In this document: positions 7,896 through 17,368 of the stretch, piece by piece
Layout: the number at the start of each line of letters is the position of its first letter
Position numbering within the stretch: the first letter of the stretch is position 1
Virus record (IMG/VR): IMGVR_UViG_3300033075_001514
Coordinates: 2,265-66,264 of that record
Length of the DNA stretch: 64,000 bases
Reading direction: 5' to 3' (one strand)
Source: a virus
Lineage: Duplodnaviria; Caudoviricetes
Position numbers and translations under genes: made by a program
Notes under the pieces: model-generated
Database searches by the model: none
The model's input: the letters and a program-made list of their open reading frames with translations, nothing else
Told to the model about the DNA's origin: nothing

Positions 7896-10816
7896 AACTC
7901 GGCAAGTCCCAAAGAGACAAGTCGGATGTCGAGGTAGCGTCAATCGCCGTCGTCAGAGACGGGGCGCTGCTTTGGATTCGTCGTGCCGACAACGCCCTTT
8001 GGACCCTGCCAGGTGGCCATCTAAACCCGGGCGAGGAGCCCCTGGACGGGGCGCTACGCGAACTTCGTGAAGAGACCGGCCTTACCCCGCCCGAAAGCGA
8101 CTTCGAGTTCCTGGGCGACGATTTGGTGCCCGGCAAGGCCCACCTCAGGATTTACTGCTTCGTGGTCGAAGTGCCACCTGACACGAAGGTCGATTTGTCC
8201 CAGGACCCTGACCAAGAGGCCTCTGGGTACGAGTGGAAGGACGAACTGCCCGAGTCCGACCACTGCTACGTCCCCCACGCTGACAACGTCATGCTCAAGT
8301 TCTTGCTCGAAAACGACGAGCTTTCCAAGGCCGAACAAAAGGAATGGCGAGCCAAGGACGGCCTCAAAATCCCTCACCACACAACTCCGGCCAGGGCTGA
8401 GTGGGACAAGGCCTACCACAAAAAGCTCGTGGAGTTCTTCGGTGCTGGTGACTCACAGCGCTTGAAGCCCGTCAAAATCCCCATCACGCCTCAAACGAGC
8501 GGCACAAATCCGGTAGTCAGCAAGGCCAGGTTTTCGCTCTACACGCGCATGTTGGCAGGTGGCGATAGGCTCCCGCCCGCAGTCGTCCGTAGGAATGGCA
8601 TTGGCTGGCACGTAGTCGACGGCAATCACCGCCTCGAAGCGGCCCTCAAGCGCGGCCTCAAGGAGATGGACGCCTACGAACTGGTCGATCCTCCCAAGAA
8701 GACCAAGAAGTCTGAAGAGCCTCTCAACAAAGGCGAGTTCAGAGCAGCCGCCTTTAAGCATAAGGACGGAACTGTCGTTGAGACTGGTTCCCACCACAAT
8801 ATCGAGCCCTGGCTGCAGGGCGGCTCGATGAACCACCGAACTGACGGACCGTGGAATTCTTCTGACTGGGAGGCCGGTTTCGTGACACACAACGGGGCCT
8901 TCATGAACAGGGATGAGGCCGCAAAGCACGTTGGACTTCAGGCCTGGAGTCCCGTGACCGGCAAGCCGCGCAACCTGGATTCCCAAGACCCCGAGGCTGG
9001 GCTTAAGAAGGCTGAAGACGACCTCGTTGCTGCCACCACCGAAAGCCTGGATAACTCCCTCCGCAAGCCACAGTACCGCTCAAGCCCCAACCCTCTCGCA
9101 GGTCACTGCTACGTGGCCTCAGAAGCGCTTTGGCACATGATGGGTGGCCATGAATCTGGCTGGGTGCCTCAGAATGTCAAGCACGAAGGCGACCAGCACT
9201 GGTATTTGAGGCACTCCAAGACTGGGCAGATCCTCGACCCAACTGCAAGCCAGTTCAGGACTCCAGTGCCCTACCACCAAGGTCGCGGTCGTGGTTTCTT
9301 GACCAAGCAGCCCTCGAAGCGCGCACAAGAGGTCATTAATCGAGTCCAGGCCAAGCTCGGTAAGGCCGAAGACCTGACCAAAGCCGGGAACCCCGTGACC
9401 GTTTACCGCCTGCAAAACAGGCGCGGCGAGGGCCCTTACGACGCTCTCGGCGGCGAGTACATGGACACTCACTTTCCCGACGCCGACGATGTCAGTCCCG
9501 AAGACGATTTCGAAAGCCACCAACTCGACGCACTCCACCGAAGCTTTCCGGCACCGAAGTTCGCCTTCGCTCATCCTGACCACGCACAAAAATGGTTCGG
9601 TACCAAAGGGCTCTCCAAGCTGAAGGCCTTGGGTTTCGAACTCTCGCCTATTCAGGCCTCCAAGGTCGAGTACTCAAGGTCCGGCAAGCAAGTCATTTTC
9701 CACCCAGCCAACCTGACCAAAGGGTTGTTCTCGACAGCCGCCCTGACAGGTGCAATGGCTCTCGGCCAGGTCGGTGGTGCGGAGCCAGACCCGAAGCCAG
9801 CCAAGGCCCTCATCGAAGCCACGCAACGAGCAGGCATCGCTGCAGAGCCCGTGAAGTGGTCAGCCCTCGGCCTCCACCAGGCCCTGATTCCCATCGCGCA
9901 CCTCGAATCCAGCTTCGGCCAGAACATCAATCACGCTCCAAACCCCAAAGGCGATTACCACACAGCCTACGGAGCACTGGGATTCAAGCCTGTGACTGCC
10001 CACGAAGAATACCTCAGGGCACCAGTCCTTCAAAAACTCTACGGCGACATGAAGGACCCTGCGGTATTCCTCAACAAATTCAAGACCGACCCCAAGTTCT
10101 ACAACTTGCTCGCAACCAGTCATTTCATGCGCTTGCAAAAGCAGCACGGCTCACCAGAACGCGCGGCCTACGCTTGGCGATGGGGCACGGGCGCTTGCCA
10201 GGGTGCGTCAGACGAACAGGTTGCAACCGAGCCCTACGTCATGAGATACCGCAGCCTCGCAGCCAATGCGGGACTCAAGAAAATGGCCATCAAGGACATC
10301 AAGCCCGGTACGCCCATTGACGAAACGACCTACGACTACACACACCTGATTAAGTCACCAGCGTTGCGTCGGAATTACGCCATGCACGTCACCCACGACC
10401 CATCAGCAGGCCAAAAGCCTACAGACCCAAACGCCCGTGAACCGCGCTCGATTGCCCGCGTGACTATTAAGCACAAGCAATCAGGCCAACTCGTTGGGTA
10501 CGTTGACGGGTCCTGGGACCGAACTGAAGCGGGCCACAAAGCCATTTTGCCGACGTATTCAGTCCTTCGCGACAAGGCTCTGAGGGGTAAGGGTCTGGGC
10601 AAGGCCATGTACGAGGCTCTGTACGCCCATGCCAACAACCACCTCGGCATTAAACATGCAGTTGGTGAAGAACACTCGACCTCTGCATCACGAGTCCACC
10701 AGGCCCTGGCCGAGAAGCATGGCTGGGAGTACCAACCCCAATGGGGCGCAAGGGACCAGACCGTCTCGCGCGACTTCGATGGCGCCTTTGGCCCCTACGA
10801 GTACAAACTCACCTGA
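7892..10816 (+). CDS. 974-aa multi-module protein: NUDIX, ParB-like, unknown, papain-like, ART-like?, transglycosylase-like, GNAT
   Basis: GGHLNPGEEPLDGALRELREETG; VVDGNHRLEAA; GHCY..HW..DPT; LESSFG..AAYAWRWG; LRGKGLGKAMY. Confidence 0.75.
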   Translation: MKLGKSQRDKSDVEVASIAVVRDGALLWIRRADNALWTLPGGHLNPGEEPLDGALRELREETGLTPPESDFEFLGDDLVPGKAHLRIYCFVVEVPPDTKVDLSQDPDQEASGYEWKDELPESDHCYVPHADNVMLKFLLENDELSKAEQKEWRAKDGLKIPHHTTPARAEWDKAYHKKLVEFFGAGDSQRLKPVKIPITPQTSGTNPVVSKARFSLYTRMLAGGDRLPPAVVRRNGIGWHVVDGNHRLEAALKRGLKEMDAYELVDPPKKTKKSEEPLNKGEFRAAAFKHKDGTVVETGSHHNIEPWLQGGSMNHRTDGPWNSSDWEAGFVTHNGAFMNRDEAAKHVGLQAWSPVTGKPRNLDSQDPEAGLKKAEDDLVAATTESLDNSLRKPQYRSSPNPLAGHCYVASEALWHMMGGHESGWVPQNVKHEGDQHWYLRHSKTGQILDPTASQFRTPVPYHQGRGRGFLTKQPSKRAQEVINRVQAKLGKAEDLTKAGNPVTVYRLQNRRGEGPYDALGGEYMDTHFPDADDVSPEDDFESHQLDALHRSFPAPKFAFAHPDHAQKWFGTKGLSKLKALGFELSPIQASKVEYSRSGKQVIFHPANLTKGLFSTAALTGAMALGQVGGAEPDPKPAKALIEATQRAGIAAEPVKWSALGLHQALIPIAHLESSFGQNINHAPNPKGDYHTAYGALGFKPVTAHEEYLRAPVLQKLYGDMKDPAVFLNKFKTDPKFYNLLATSHFMRLQKQHGSPERAAYAWRWGTGACQGASDEQVATEPYVMRYRSLAANAGLKKMAIKDIKPGTPIDETTYDYTHLIKSPALRRNYAMHVTHDPSAGQKPTDPNAREPRSIARVTIKHKQSGQLVGYVDGSWDRTEAGHKAILPTYSVLRDKALRGKGLGKAMYEALYAHANNHLGIKHAVGEEHSTSASRVHQALAEKHGWEYQPQWGARDQTVSRDFDGAFGPYEYKLT

Positions 10817-11220
10817 GTCAAGCTGATCTGAACTCCAATAGTCTGGATTTCGGGGTCGGCATTACGACCCGTATGGACGCCGACCATCCTGATTTCACAA
10901 GACTTGATGATGCCGACCTCTCGGTCACGCTCCATGAGTACCGTGTCGGGGTCTACCCAGCGCTCAAGTACTACACCACCCGCACCAGGATACAAATACC
11001 AGAGCATGTCGGCGTTCTTGAAAGGACGAATAGTGGCGTACACACCGCTTTCGGTCTTTTCGAGAATTGCCCAACCCATCCAGTCGGAAATGTCTTCGCT
11101 GTAGTTAAATGCGACAGGTACTTCGCCGATACGAACAGACATGCCAGCGGGGTCGAAGACGTCTCCCCTAGCTCCCATAGCGTCGGACTCGCCGTCGAAG
11201 TTCAGGATTTTGACTCTCAT
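10795..11220 (-). CDS. hypothetical protein, weak resemblance to HK97-type prohead protease fold
   Basis: D..GDVFDPAG..VPVAFNY..MG..GVYA..EIRMVGV pattern; catalytic His/Ser not evident. Confidence 0.45.
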   Translation of the reverse strand: MRVKILNFDGESDAMGARGDVFDPAGMSVRIGEVPVAFNYSEDISDWMGWAILEKTESGVYATIRPFKNADMLWYLYPGAGGVVLERWVDPDTVLMERDREVGIIKSCEIRMVGVHTGRNADPEIQTIGVQISLTQVSLYS

Positions 11221-11402
11221 GAGACCCTCGTAATCTAACCAGTTGAATTCAGGTCAATGGAGATTTCCCGACGGCTTAAACCACCACTTTACGGCCCCAC
11301 CGTGCCTATCGAGCCTAGCCGCAGTTTTTCCCGCGTTCGCCGTGAGCGCTATTGTTGTGTCTGGGCCTCGGCCAACCATCTTGCGCGCATCTCCAGGGCA
11401 CC

Positions 11403-11960
11403 TTACGTGAACAGCCCGTAGCCTGCGCCATCAGTGATGCCGCTGTACCCGAACAGCTTTTCAGTGGCCTCTTTGGAAAACACCAACGATGAATCCCCTT
11501 GCTGGCAGAACCAGAGGATATACAGAGCAAGCTCTTCCGTGTCAACCTGGGGGTACTTGAGGAGTTCTTCCCAGGTCTCGTCGGGGAGTTCCTTCTCACG
11601 GCGAGCACGCTCGACGGGCTCGTTGAAACCGTGCAGCATGTCGTATCCCGAGTCCAAAATCTCGAAATAGGCCAGGGGAGTCAAGCTGCGGTCCTCGTAG
11701 TCCTCGAAAATCGCCGTGGGGTGGGTCTCTCGGGGGAACTTCTTGCAGGCGTTTTTGAAGGCTGCGGCCACGTCCTTCATTGGCTTGTTACAGCCGAACA
11801 CGAAGTCTTTGGTCTTCCCGTGTCCGTCCGACGACCAGTCGCCCAGGTTGACCGTGAAGCGGTGCGGCAAGGACCCGCTCTTGGCGAATGCCCCCTTGAC
11901 GGTCTCGGTGTTGGCCTTCGTGGCTGACTCTTCAGAGGTGGGACGGGTGCGTGTTTTCAT
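11403..11960 (-). CDS. hypothetical protein
   Basis: 185-aa ORF coupled to upstream gene. Confidence 0.7.
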   Translation of the reverse strand: MKTRTRPTSEESATKANTETVKGAFAKSGSLPHRFTVNLGDWSSDGHGKTKDFVFGCNKPMKDVAAAFKNACKKFPRETHPTAIFEDYEDRSLTPLAYFEILDSGYDMLHGFNEPVERARREKELPDETWEELLKYPQVDTEELALYILWFCQQGDSSLVFSKEATEKLFGYSGITDGAGYGLFT

Positions 11961-12301
11961 TGGTTCGCTTTCTTGTACTTCTGGCCGGTGACGAATTTGG
12001 GCTCACCGAAGGTCAGGGCGATGGACTCTTGCTCGAAGCGGTGGGCGATGACTTCCAGGTCCTGCTCCATGTTGCGGGCGTTCATCGCACCGACTGGTGA
12101 AGACCCACCATGCAATGCACCAATGACGGTGAAGGACTCTTCCTGCACGTCGATGTAGACGGCCTGGCCGCAGCCCTGGAAGAAAACGGCACCGCCGTAC
12201 AGTCGTGCCACTTCCAGGACCTCTTGCTGGCAAGCTTGCCAGCGGCTGATGTCCATGGGGTTCGAACCGATGTTGCGACCGACCGAGATGATGAAGTTCA
12301 T
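11957..12301 (-). CDS. early hypothetical protein
   Basis: ATG 6 nt after TATACC -10 box. Confidence 0.7.
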   Translation of the reverse strand: MNFIISVGRNIGSNPMDISRWQACQQEVLEVARLYGGAVFFQGCGQAVYIDVQEESFTVIGALHGGSSPVGAMNARNMEQDLEVIAHRFEQESIALTFGEPKFVTGQKYKKANQ

Positions 12302-12307
12302 GGGTGG

Positions 12308-12337
12308 GGTATACCATTTAGTTGCTACGGGTGTCAA
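12308..12337 (-). promoter_or_regulatory. early promoter, conserved spacer copy 2
   Basis: TTGACA-cccgTAGCAACTAAATGG-TATACC. Confidence 0.75.
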
Positions 12338-12370
12338 GTAAACAAAGCCTCGACCTTTTGAAGGCCGCTC

Positions 12371-12730
12371 TCACATGCAAGCGCCGCACACGGGTCGCCC
12401 GTCATCGCGCTCGAACCCCGCAGGCATGTGCTTGCAGGTGCCACAGACCGGCGCGTCGTTGACGGCGTACGACTTGGCGGTGGGCTGCGAGTGCATGAAC
12501 GCGTAGGGCGAGCAGACCGACGGCGTCCAGAGCCAGTGCTTGGTGTTAATGAACCCGCCCGAACGGAGGTGCTTGGCGATTTCGTCGGCCTTGCGCTGGG
12601 CATTGGCCTTGTGGGTGTACTGAGCGGCGTGGGTCACAGCCTCAATCATGTCCTCGCAGGGCTCACGGAGATACGCCACGACCACGAACTTACCGTTCTT
12701 CATCGTCTGGACCGTCGTTGAGTAGGGCAT
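12371..12730 (-). CDS. early hypothetical protein with C-terminal CxxC..CxxC
   Basis: ATG 6 nt after TATAAG. Confidence 0.7.
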   Translation of the reverse strand: MPYSTTVQTMKNGKFVVVAYLREPCEDMIEAVTHAAQYTHKANAQRKADEIAKHLRSGGFINTKHWLWTPSVCSPYAFMHSQPTAKSYAVNDAPVCGTCKHMPAGFERDDGRPVCGACM

Positions 12731-12736
12731 GAACGA

Positions 12737-12766
12737 CTTATACCATTTAGTTGCTAGGACTGTCAA
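12737..12766 (-). promoter_or_regulatory. early promoter, conserved spacer copy 3
   Basis: TTGACA-gtccTAGCAACTAAATGG-TATAAG. Confidence 0.75.
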
Positions 12767-12968
12767 GGGGCTTCAGGCCTTTTGCTTTGGCTGAATACCA
12801 GCGATGGTAGTACTCATTCTGAAGACGTCGATGCTGCTCCTGGAGCCGAGGGTCTGCACGCCGTCGTGCCGTGAGGTAGCTCGCCCATGCGGCACGGCAC
12901 GCCGAACACCGGCATTGTAGGTTGTTGTAGCCGTTGGCCGTACCGTGTCGGGGGTCGTTCGGTTTCAT
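12747..12968 (-). CDS. small Zn-binding-like protein (HGT..GY..CRCxxCR)
   Basis: MKPNDPRHGTANGYNNLQCRCSACRAA motif. Confidence 0.6.
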   Translation of the reverse strand: MKPNDPRHGTANGYNNLQCRCSACRAAWASYLTARRRADPRLQEQHRRLQNEYYHRWYSAKAKGLKPLDSPSN

Positions 12969-12993
12969 GGGCTTTCGAACGGGGCTTGGCACC

Positions 12994-13332
12994 TTACTGG
13001 GGCGTGGGGAGATACAGCAACACGATGCTCTTGAATTCCTCATCGCACTTGTGCTTCTTGACGAGTGCCTTGATTTCTTCCAGAAGGTCCTTCTTGTCGG
13101 CCATTTCTTGCTCGTAGCGCATCGTCTGAGTGCATCGCCCCTCGACCTCGATGCGCTCAAAATTCGGCGACCACTGCTCGGCATAGCCGCAGCCAAACTT
13201 GCGGGTTTCCCAGGTCTGGCCGTTACAGTGACGATTGATTTGGCCCTTGAAGCCGACTGTGACCGAGTCCGAGACTGCATCTGCTCCACAAAACGGGCAA
13301 ACCCGGTTTTTGATGTACTTGAAGGGCTCCAT
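12994..13332 (-). CDS. early hypothetical protein, Cys-containing
   Basis: Preceded by TTGACG-N17-TATACC-N6-ATG. Confidence 0.7.
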   Translation of the reverse strand: MEPFKYIKNRVCPFCGADAVSDSVTVGFKGQINRHCNGQTWETRKFGCGYAEQWSPNFERIEVEGRCTQTMRYEQEMADKKDLLEEIKALVKKHKCDEEFKSIVLLYLPTPQ

Positions 13333-13338
13333 GGCGCA

Positions 13339-13367
13339 GGTATATCACACCGTAATCTAAACGTCAA
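13339..13367. promoter_or_regulatory. overlapping divergent early (-) and late (+) promoters
   Basis: Minus TTGACG 13362-13367 and TATACC 13339-13344; plus GTAATCT 13352-13358 lies inside the spacer. Confidence 0.7.
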
Positions 13368-15670
13368 TGGAAGCTGACGGCCTAGAACATCTGCTTGGTG
13401 TAGACGACCCGGTTGAGCGCAGGCTCGCCCTCAAGTCGCACCACGTTGAGCCCTATCACCTGAGAATCGCTCTGCAAGACGAGGATCCACAGGTCCGTGA
13501 AGCTGCAGCCAATCACCCCGAACTCACCCCCGAACTGATGCACGAACTCATCCACGGGGATGACCGATGGCTCGCTGCTCAAATCGTCCAAAGGCCTGAT
13601 ATCACTGATGAACAGCTTGAGCACGCGATGCAGCACGATGACTTGCACCATCACGTCGTGGCCCACAAGGCCCTGACAGAAGACCAGCGCAACAGGCTGG
13701 CTGACGATGCAACGGTTGCTGAAGGCCTGAAGGATGACCTGGCCAAGTCCGACCTCATCAAGAACATTGGGCATTTGTTGTACCCGCACTTCGGTGAAGC
13801 CAAGCTCCACCAACTCGGCGCGTACTTCCCAGAGAAGAACCGCCGCAAGAACGATTTCCGCACCACCAAGTCGAAGACCTCAGTGTCCCAGACCGGCGGA
13901 TATACTGACTACGGCGCCTTCAAGGACAAGGCCTTGCCTGAGAACCGCCGCAGGATGAAAATCCGTGTGAAGTGGCGCAAAGACCCACCGACCGAGGTCG
14001 ACGAGGGTGTCCGCAACCGCATGTTCGGGGATGCCGACAATAACGACGTGGGTCACCTCGCTGACCAGTTCAGGGCCGTTCGCCAGGTTGTCGGCTCTAA
14101 ATCCGACCATGCAAACGAGCAGCACGAACTCCAGCACGGAGTCTTTGGACGCTTGGCCCAGAAGTATGGCATGAAGTCCAGGGACGCCATCATCCATGAG
14201 ACCCTGGCAAGGCTCCCAGACGAGCACCGTGCTGCTCTGAAGGGCGTTTTCTCCCATGGCCCCAGGATGAGCTATCACCCTTCACAGTGGCCTGAAGAGA
14301 CCATTGCGTTCGCTCAGAACTATTTGATGGACCCGGTCTATCGACGCAAAATCCACGTTGCTCAGCGAATCGACCGCAACACCGAAGCGCAGCACGACCA
14401 GGTCAAGAAGGTCCGCAAGGCCTGGAACGAACTTCAGCGCATTGCCCAGAACCTCAAGCCAGAAGACCTGGGCTTGGTCCACAAAACCGAAGACCAAGTC
14501 CTGCTCGAAGCCGTTGAGACCCTGACCAAGGCTCGTGGGGCCGACAGCGACAGTATCGTCGACCACCTCGGCTTTGACGAGCGTCGACACGCCATCCTCG
14601 AAGCCATTGAATTCTTGACCGGTAAGCCGGTTGACCCAGACGCGTATCGAGCCAGACTCATGGACTGTGACGACGACATCGAAGCGGCCTTGTTGGCAAG
14701 CGGCCTGACCCTTGAAGACCGCTCAAAGCTCGAAGCCGTGCTGTCGCTTGGTGGTGAACTGTCCAAGGCCGAGCCCAAGCTCCCCAAGCAGGTTCTGCCA
14801 GCCAACCACTCTGCAGCCGAGATGGCCTCTGACTTGCAGTGGGCTATTGACAACAACCAAATCGAGACTGTTCACCTCGGTGGCAAGCACTCTGCTGGCA
14901 CCTTGATGGCCCGCAATGACGATGGTGATTTGTTCCTGCTCAAGCCAGGCTCTGGCAAGCAATCCCCCGCTGCAGGGGCAGCAGAAGACAAGGCCTCCCA
15001 GTCTCGTCGTGAAGCAGCATTTTCTGCCGTGGCTCGCCAGATGCATATCCCCCAGGTCCCCCAGGTCGAACTCGTCCTGGTTGACGGCAAAGAGGTCGCT
15101 GGCATTCGAATGCTGGGCCTTGATTGGACAGGCCTTGCCCGTGCGAGGGAAAAAGACTCGCAGGTTCCCCGCAGAGTGCTGAAGCAGCACCTTGACGATG
15201 GCTCGATTTTCAAGTGGGCCATCATGGACGGAATACTCGCGAACCCAGACCGTCATGGTAACAACCTCATGATTGGTCCTGAGGGTAAAGTTGCGTTGAT
15301 TGACCACGGCTCCGCTTTCGCAGGACCTTCGTTTGACCCAGGTCACGACTCGAAGTCTTTCGTTCCGTACTACCTGAGGATTTGGGGACCTGAAAAGGGT
15401 TGGTCGAAGCTCTCGCCCGAAGAGCGTCTCCGTGTCCTTCCGGTTCTTGGCGAAGAAGCGGACAACGAAATCAGAGAATGGGTTGAAAACCTCGATGTCG
15501 CTGCTCTGGCGGATACGATGTACCGCTACGGCATCGACCCTGGGCCAAGTCTCGAAAGATTCCAAGCCCTGCGGGGTTACATGGATACTACACCTGATAA
15601 GGTCTCGGAAATCATGAACAAGATGTGGATTGGATTGCTGCCGTGGAGAGGTTTCAAGCCACAGCGGTAA
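13367..15670 (+). CDS. 767-aa multi-module protein: HEAT/LRV-like repeats, unknown modules, C-terminal PI3/PI4-kinase/HipA-like kinase
   Basis: LFLLKP..REAA..LANPDRHGNNLMI..LIDHGSAF; N-terminal DEDPQVREAAANHP repeats. Confidence 0.75.
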   Translation: MEADGLEHLLGVDDPVERRLALKSHHVEPYHLRIALQDEDPQVREAAANHPELTPELMHELIHGDDRWLAAQIVQRPDITDEQLEHAMQHDDLHHHVVAHKALTEDQRNRLADDATVAEGLKDDLAKSDLIKNIGHLLYPHFGEAKLHQLGAYFPEKNRRKNDFRTTKSKTSVSQTGGYTDYGAFKDKALPENRRRMKIRVKWRKDPPTEVDEGVRNRMFGDADNNDVGHLADQFRAVRQVVGSKSDHANEQHELQHGVFGRLAQKYGMKSRDAIIHETLARLPDEHRAALKGVFSHGPRMSYHPSQWPEETIAFAQNYLMDPVYRRKIHVAQRIDRNTEAQHDQVKKVRKAWNELQRIAQNLKPEDLGLVHKTEDQVLLEAVETLTKARGADSDSIVDHLGFDERRHAILEAIEFLTGKPVDPDAYRARLMDCDDDIEAALLASGLTLEDRSKLEAVLSLGGELSKAEPKLPKQVLPANHSAAEMASDLQWAIDNNQIETVHLGGKHSAGTLMARNDDGDLFLLKPGSGKQSPAAGAAEDKASQSRREAAFSAVARQMHIPQVPQVELVLVDGKEVAGIRMLGLDWTGLARAREKDSQVPRRVLKQHLDDGSIFKWAIMDGILANPDRHGNNLMIGPEGKVALIDHGSAFAGPSFDPGHDSKSFVPYYLRIWGPEKGWSKLSPEERLRVLPVLGEEADNEIREWVENLDVAALADTMYRYGIDPGPSLERFQALRGYMDTTPDKVSEIMNKMWIGLLPWRGFKPQR

Positions 15671-15680
15671 TCTCATGCTC

Positions 15681-16232
15681 GTGAGAACCTACAAGCGCAT
15701 CGATTACACAGGCCACAGATTCGGATTAATCACCATCTTGGGAGATCGCCAAGTCCGCAGGGGCCCCAATCCCGTGACGACATGGCAGGCTGTCTGCGAG
15801 TGCGGAAACACCCTACGGGTCCAGATATCCAATCTCAGGTACGCGCGACGGCCAAGCTGCGGCTGCAACAGTCGCCTCGAAACGTCGGCCAGAATGTCCA
15901 AGAGGCCCGGATTCGCCGCTGAGACAATGGTGTTGGGCTACTACCAGAAAAACGCTCGCACGAGAGGTCTGACCTGGGACTTGACCCGCGACCAATTTTC
16001 TGAACTGATTGCCAAGCCTTGCCACTATTGTGGCGAGGTCGGTTCGATGACCAAGACCAAGCACAAGGACACAATTCGGTGCAATGGAGTCGATCGCGTT
16101 GACTCAAGCAAAGGATACGTTCCAGACAACGTCGTCTCTTGCTGCAAGACTTGCAACAATGCGAAGTCCAGTATGTCGGTCACCGAGTTCATCTCTTGGG
16201 CCAAGAGACTTGTTGCCCATCAGGTCATTTAA
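15681..16232 (+). CDS. HNH homing endonuclease
   Basis: CECG, SCGC, CHYCG..GVDRVDSSKGYVPDNVVSCCKTCNNAK; in-frame GTG 7 nt after GTAATCT (ATG 15675 alternative). Confidence 0.85.
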   Translation: MRTYKRIDYTGHRFGLITILGDRQVRRGPNPVTTWQAVCECGNTLRVQISNLRYARRPSCGCNSRLETSARMSKRPGFAAETMVLGYYQKNARTRGLTWDLTRDQFSELIAKPCHYCGEVGSMTKTKHKDTIRCNGVDRVDSSKGYVPDNVVSCCKTCNNAKSSMSVTEFISWAKRLVAHQVI

Positions 16233-17366
16233 GGCCCCATTTCCTCATCGATGTTTTTGAGGACCTGGGTCGGGTTGGCCTTGCCGTTGAGGTATTTCAT
16301 GACATCGGCCAGCACGAGGGACCTGGGCGCAGAGCGCAACCCAGCCCGACTTGCTGTACGGCCCATTACCGCCAGTACGGTCGGTCTCAGGTCATCGTCT
16401 GATGGGTACGCGTGAGGTTCGCTCACGACTTACCCACCATCTTGATGTCCCCTTCCATGGGGTCGAACTCCGGAACGGTGAGGACGGCCTTCTCGCTCAG
16501 AGTCATCGAGCCGCGCCTGAAGACCTTGACCCAGATATCTCCGTGCTCTTCGCCAGTGCCTTCCAGGACGAAGGTCATCTTGGGGAATACCGCTGAAATG
16601 GCGGCCATGTGCTCTTCGTGCTCGTACCACTTCATTTCGTCGCCACCCTTGTCGAAGAGGTACTCCAGGGTCTCGATGATGTCGGAGTCCAAAAGCTCTT
16701 CACAGCGAGCGGTCAGGGCCTTGCAGTCGTCGATGTACTCTTGGCGGTACTTCTTGGCCCCACCGGCTCCCACTTCGGCGTTGACCCGCGAGGCCTCGTC
16801 CAGAGCATTCAAGATGAACCTGGAGCACTCTTCGAACTGGTCTTCGTCTGAAAATGACCGCAGCTTGAATTGAGTGTAGTAACCCATGGTAGTCCTTTAC
16901 TTTTGCTCCAGGTGTTCTCCCCGCTCGTAGCGGAGTGCTGCAGTTTCTGGCCTGATTGCACCGCTTGCACCGCCCGGGTGCCACTTGTGCGTTCGCAGGT
17001 CGGCCACGATTGCGGCACGTTCCAGAAGACGACCTTCTGCAATGCCGCGCCTCACTGCATCGGCAATGCCAGGATCGACCTTCTCGAACTCGGGGCTCAC
17101 TTCCGCTTCCCCTTGGTGATGCTCGCCTTGAGCTTCTCCAGGGCGGCGATTTTGTCGTCGATGTCCCTGATGCGGTCCAGTTCGGCGTGCTTTGCGAGCC
17201 ACTTCTCCAGGTCAGGAGAACGCTGGCCCTTCGGCACCATTGGTCCGAACTGACACAGCAGTCTGGTTGCCTCGTCAGTCCTGACCTTCAGGGCGTCGTA
17301 CTTGCGCTGGACTGCCGCAAGGTCGTCGGTTGTAACGTAGCTGGGACCACCGTCTGTGCATGGCAT
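16229..17366 (-). other. four hypothetical CDS (16229..16426, 16423..16887, 16897..17100, 17097..17366)
   Basis: Coupled minus-strand ORFs. Confidence 0.6.
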
Positions 17367-17368
17367 GT

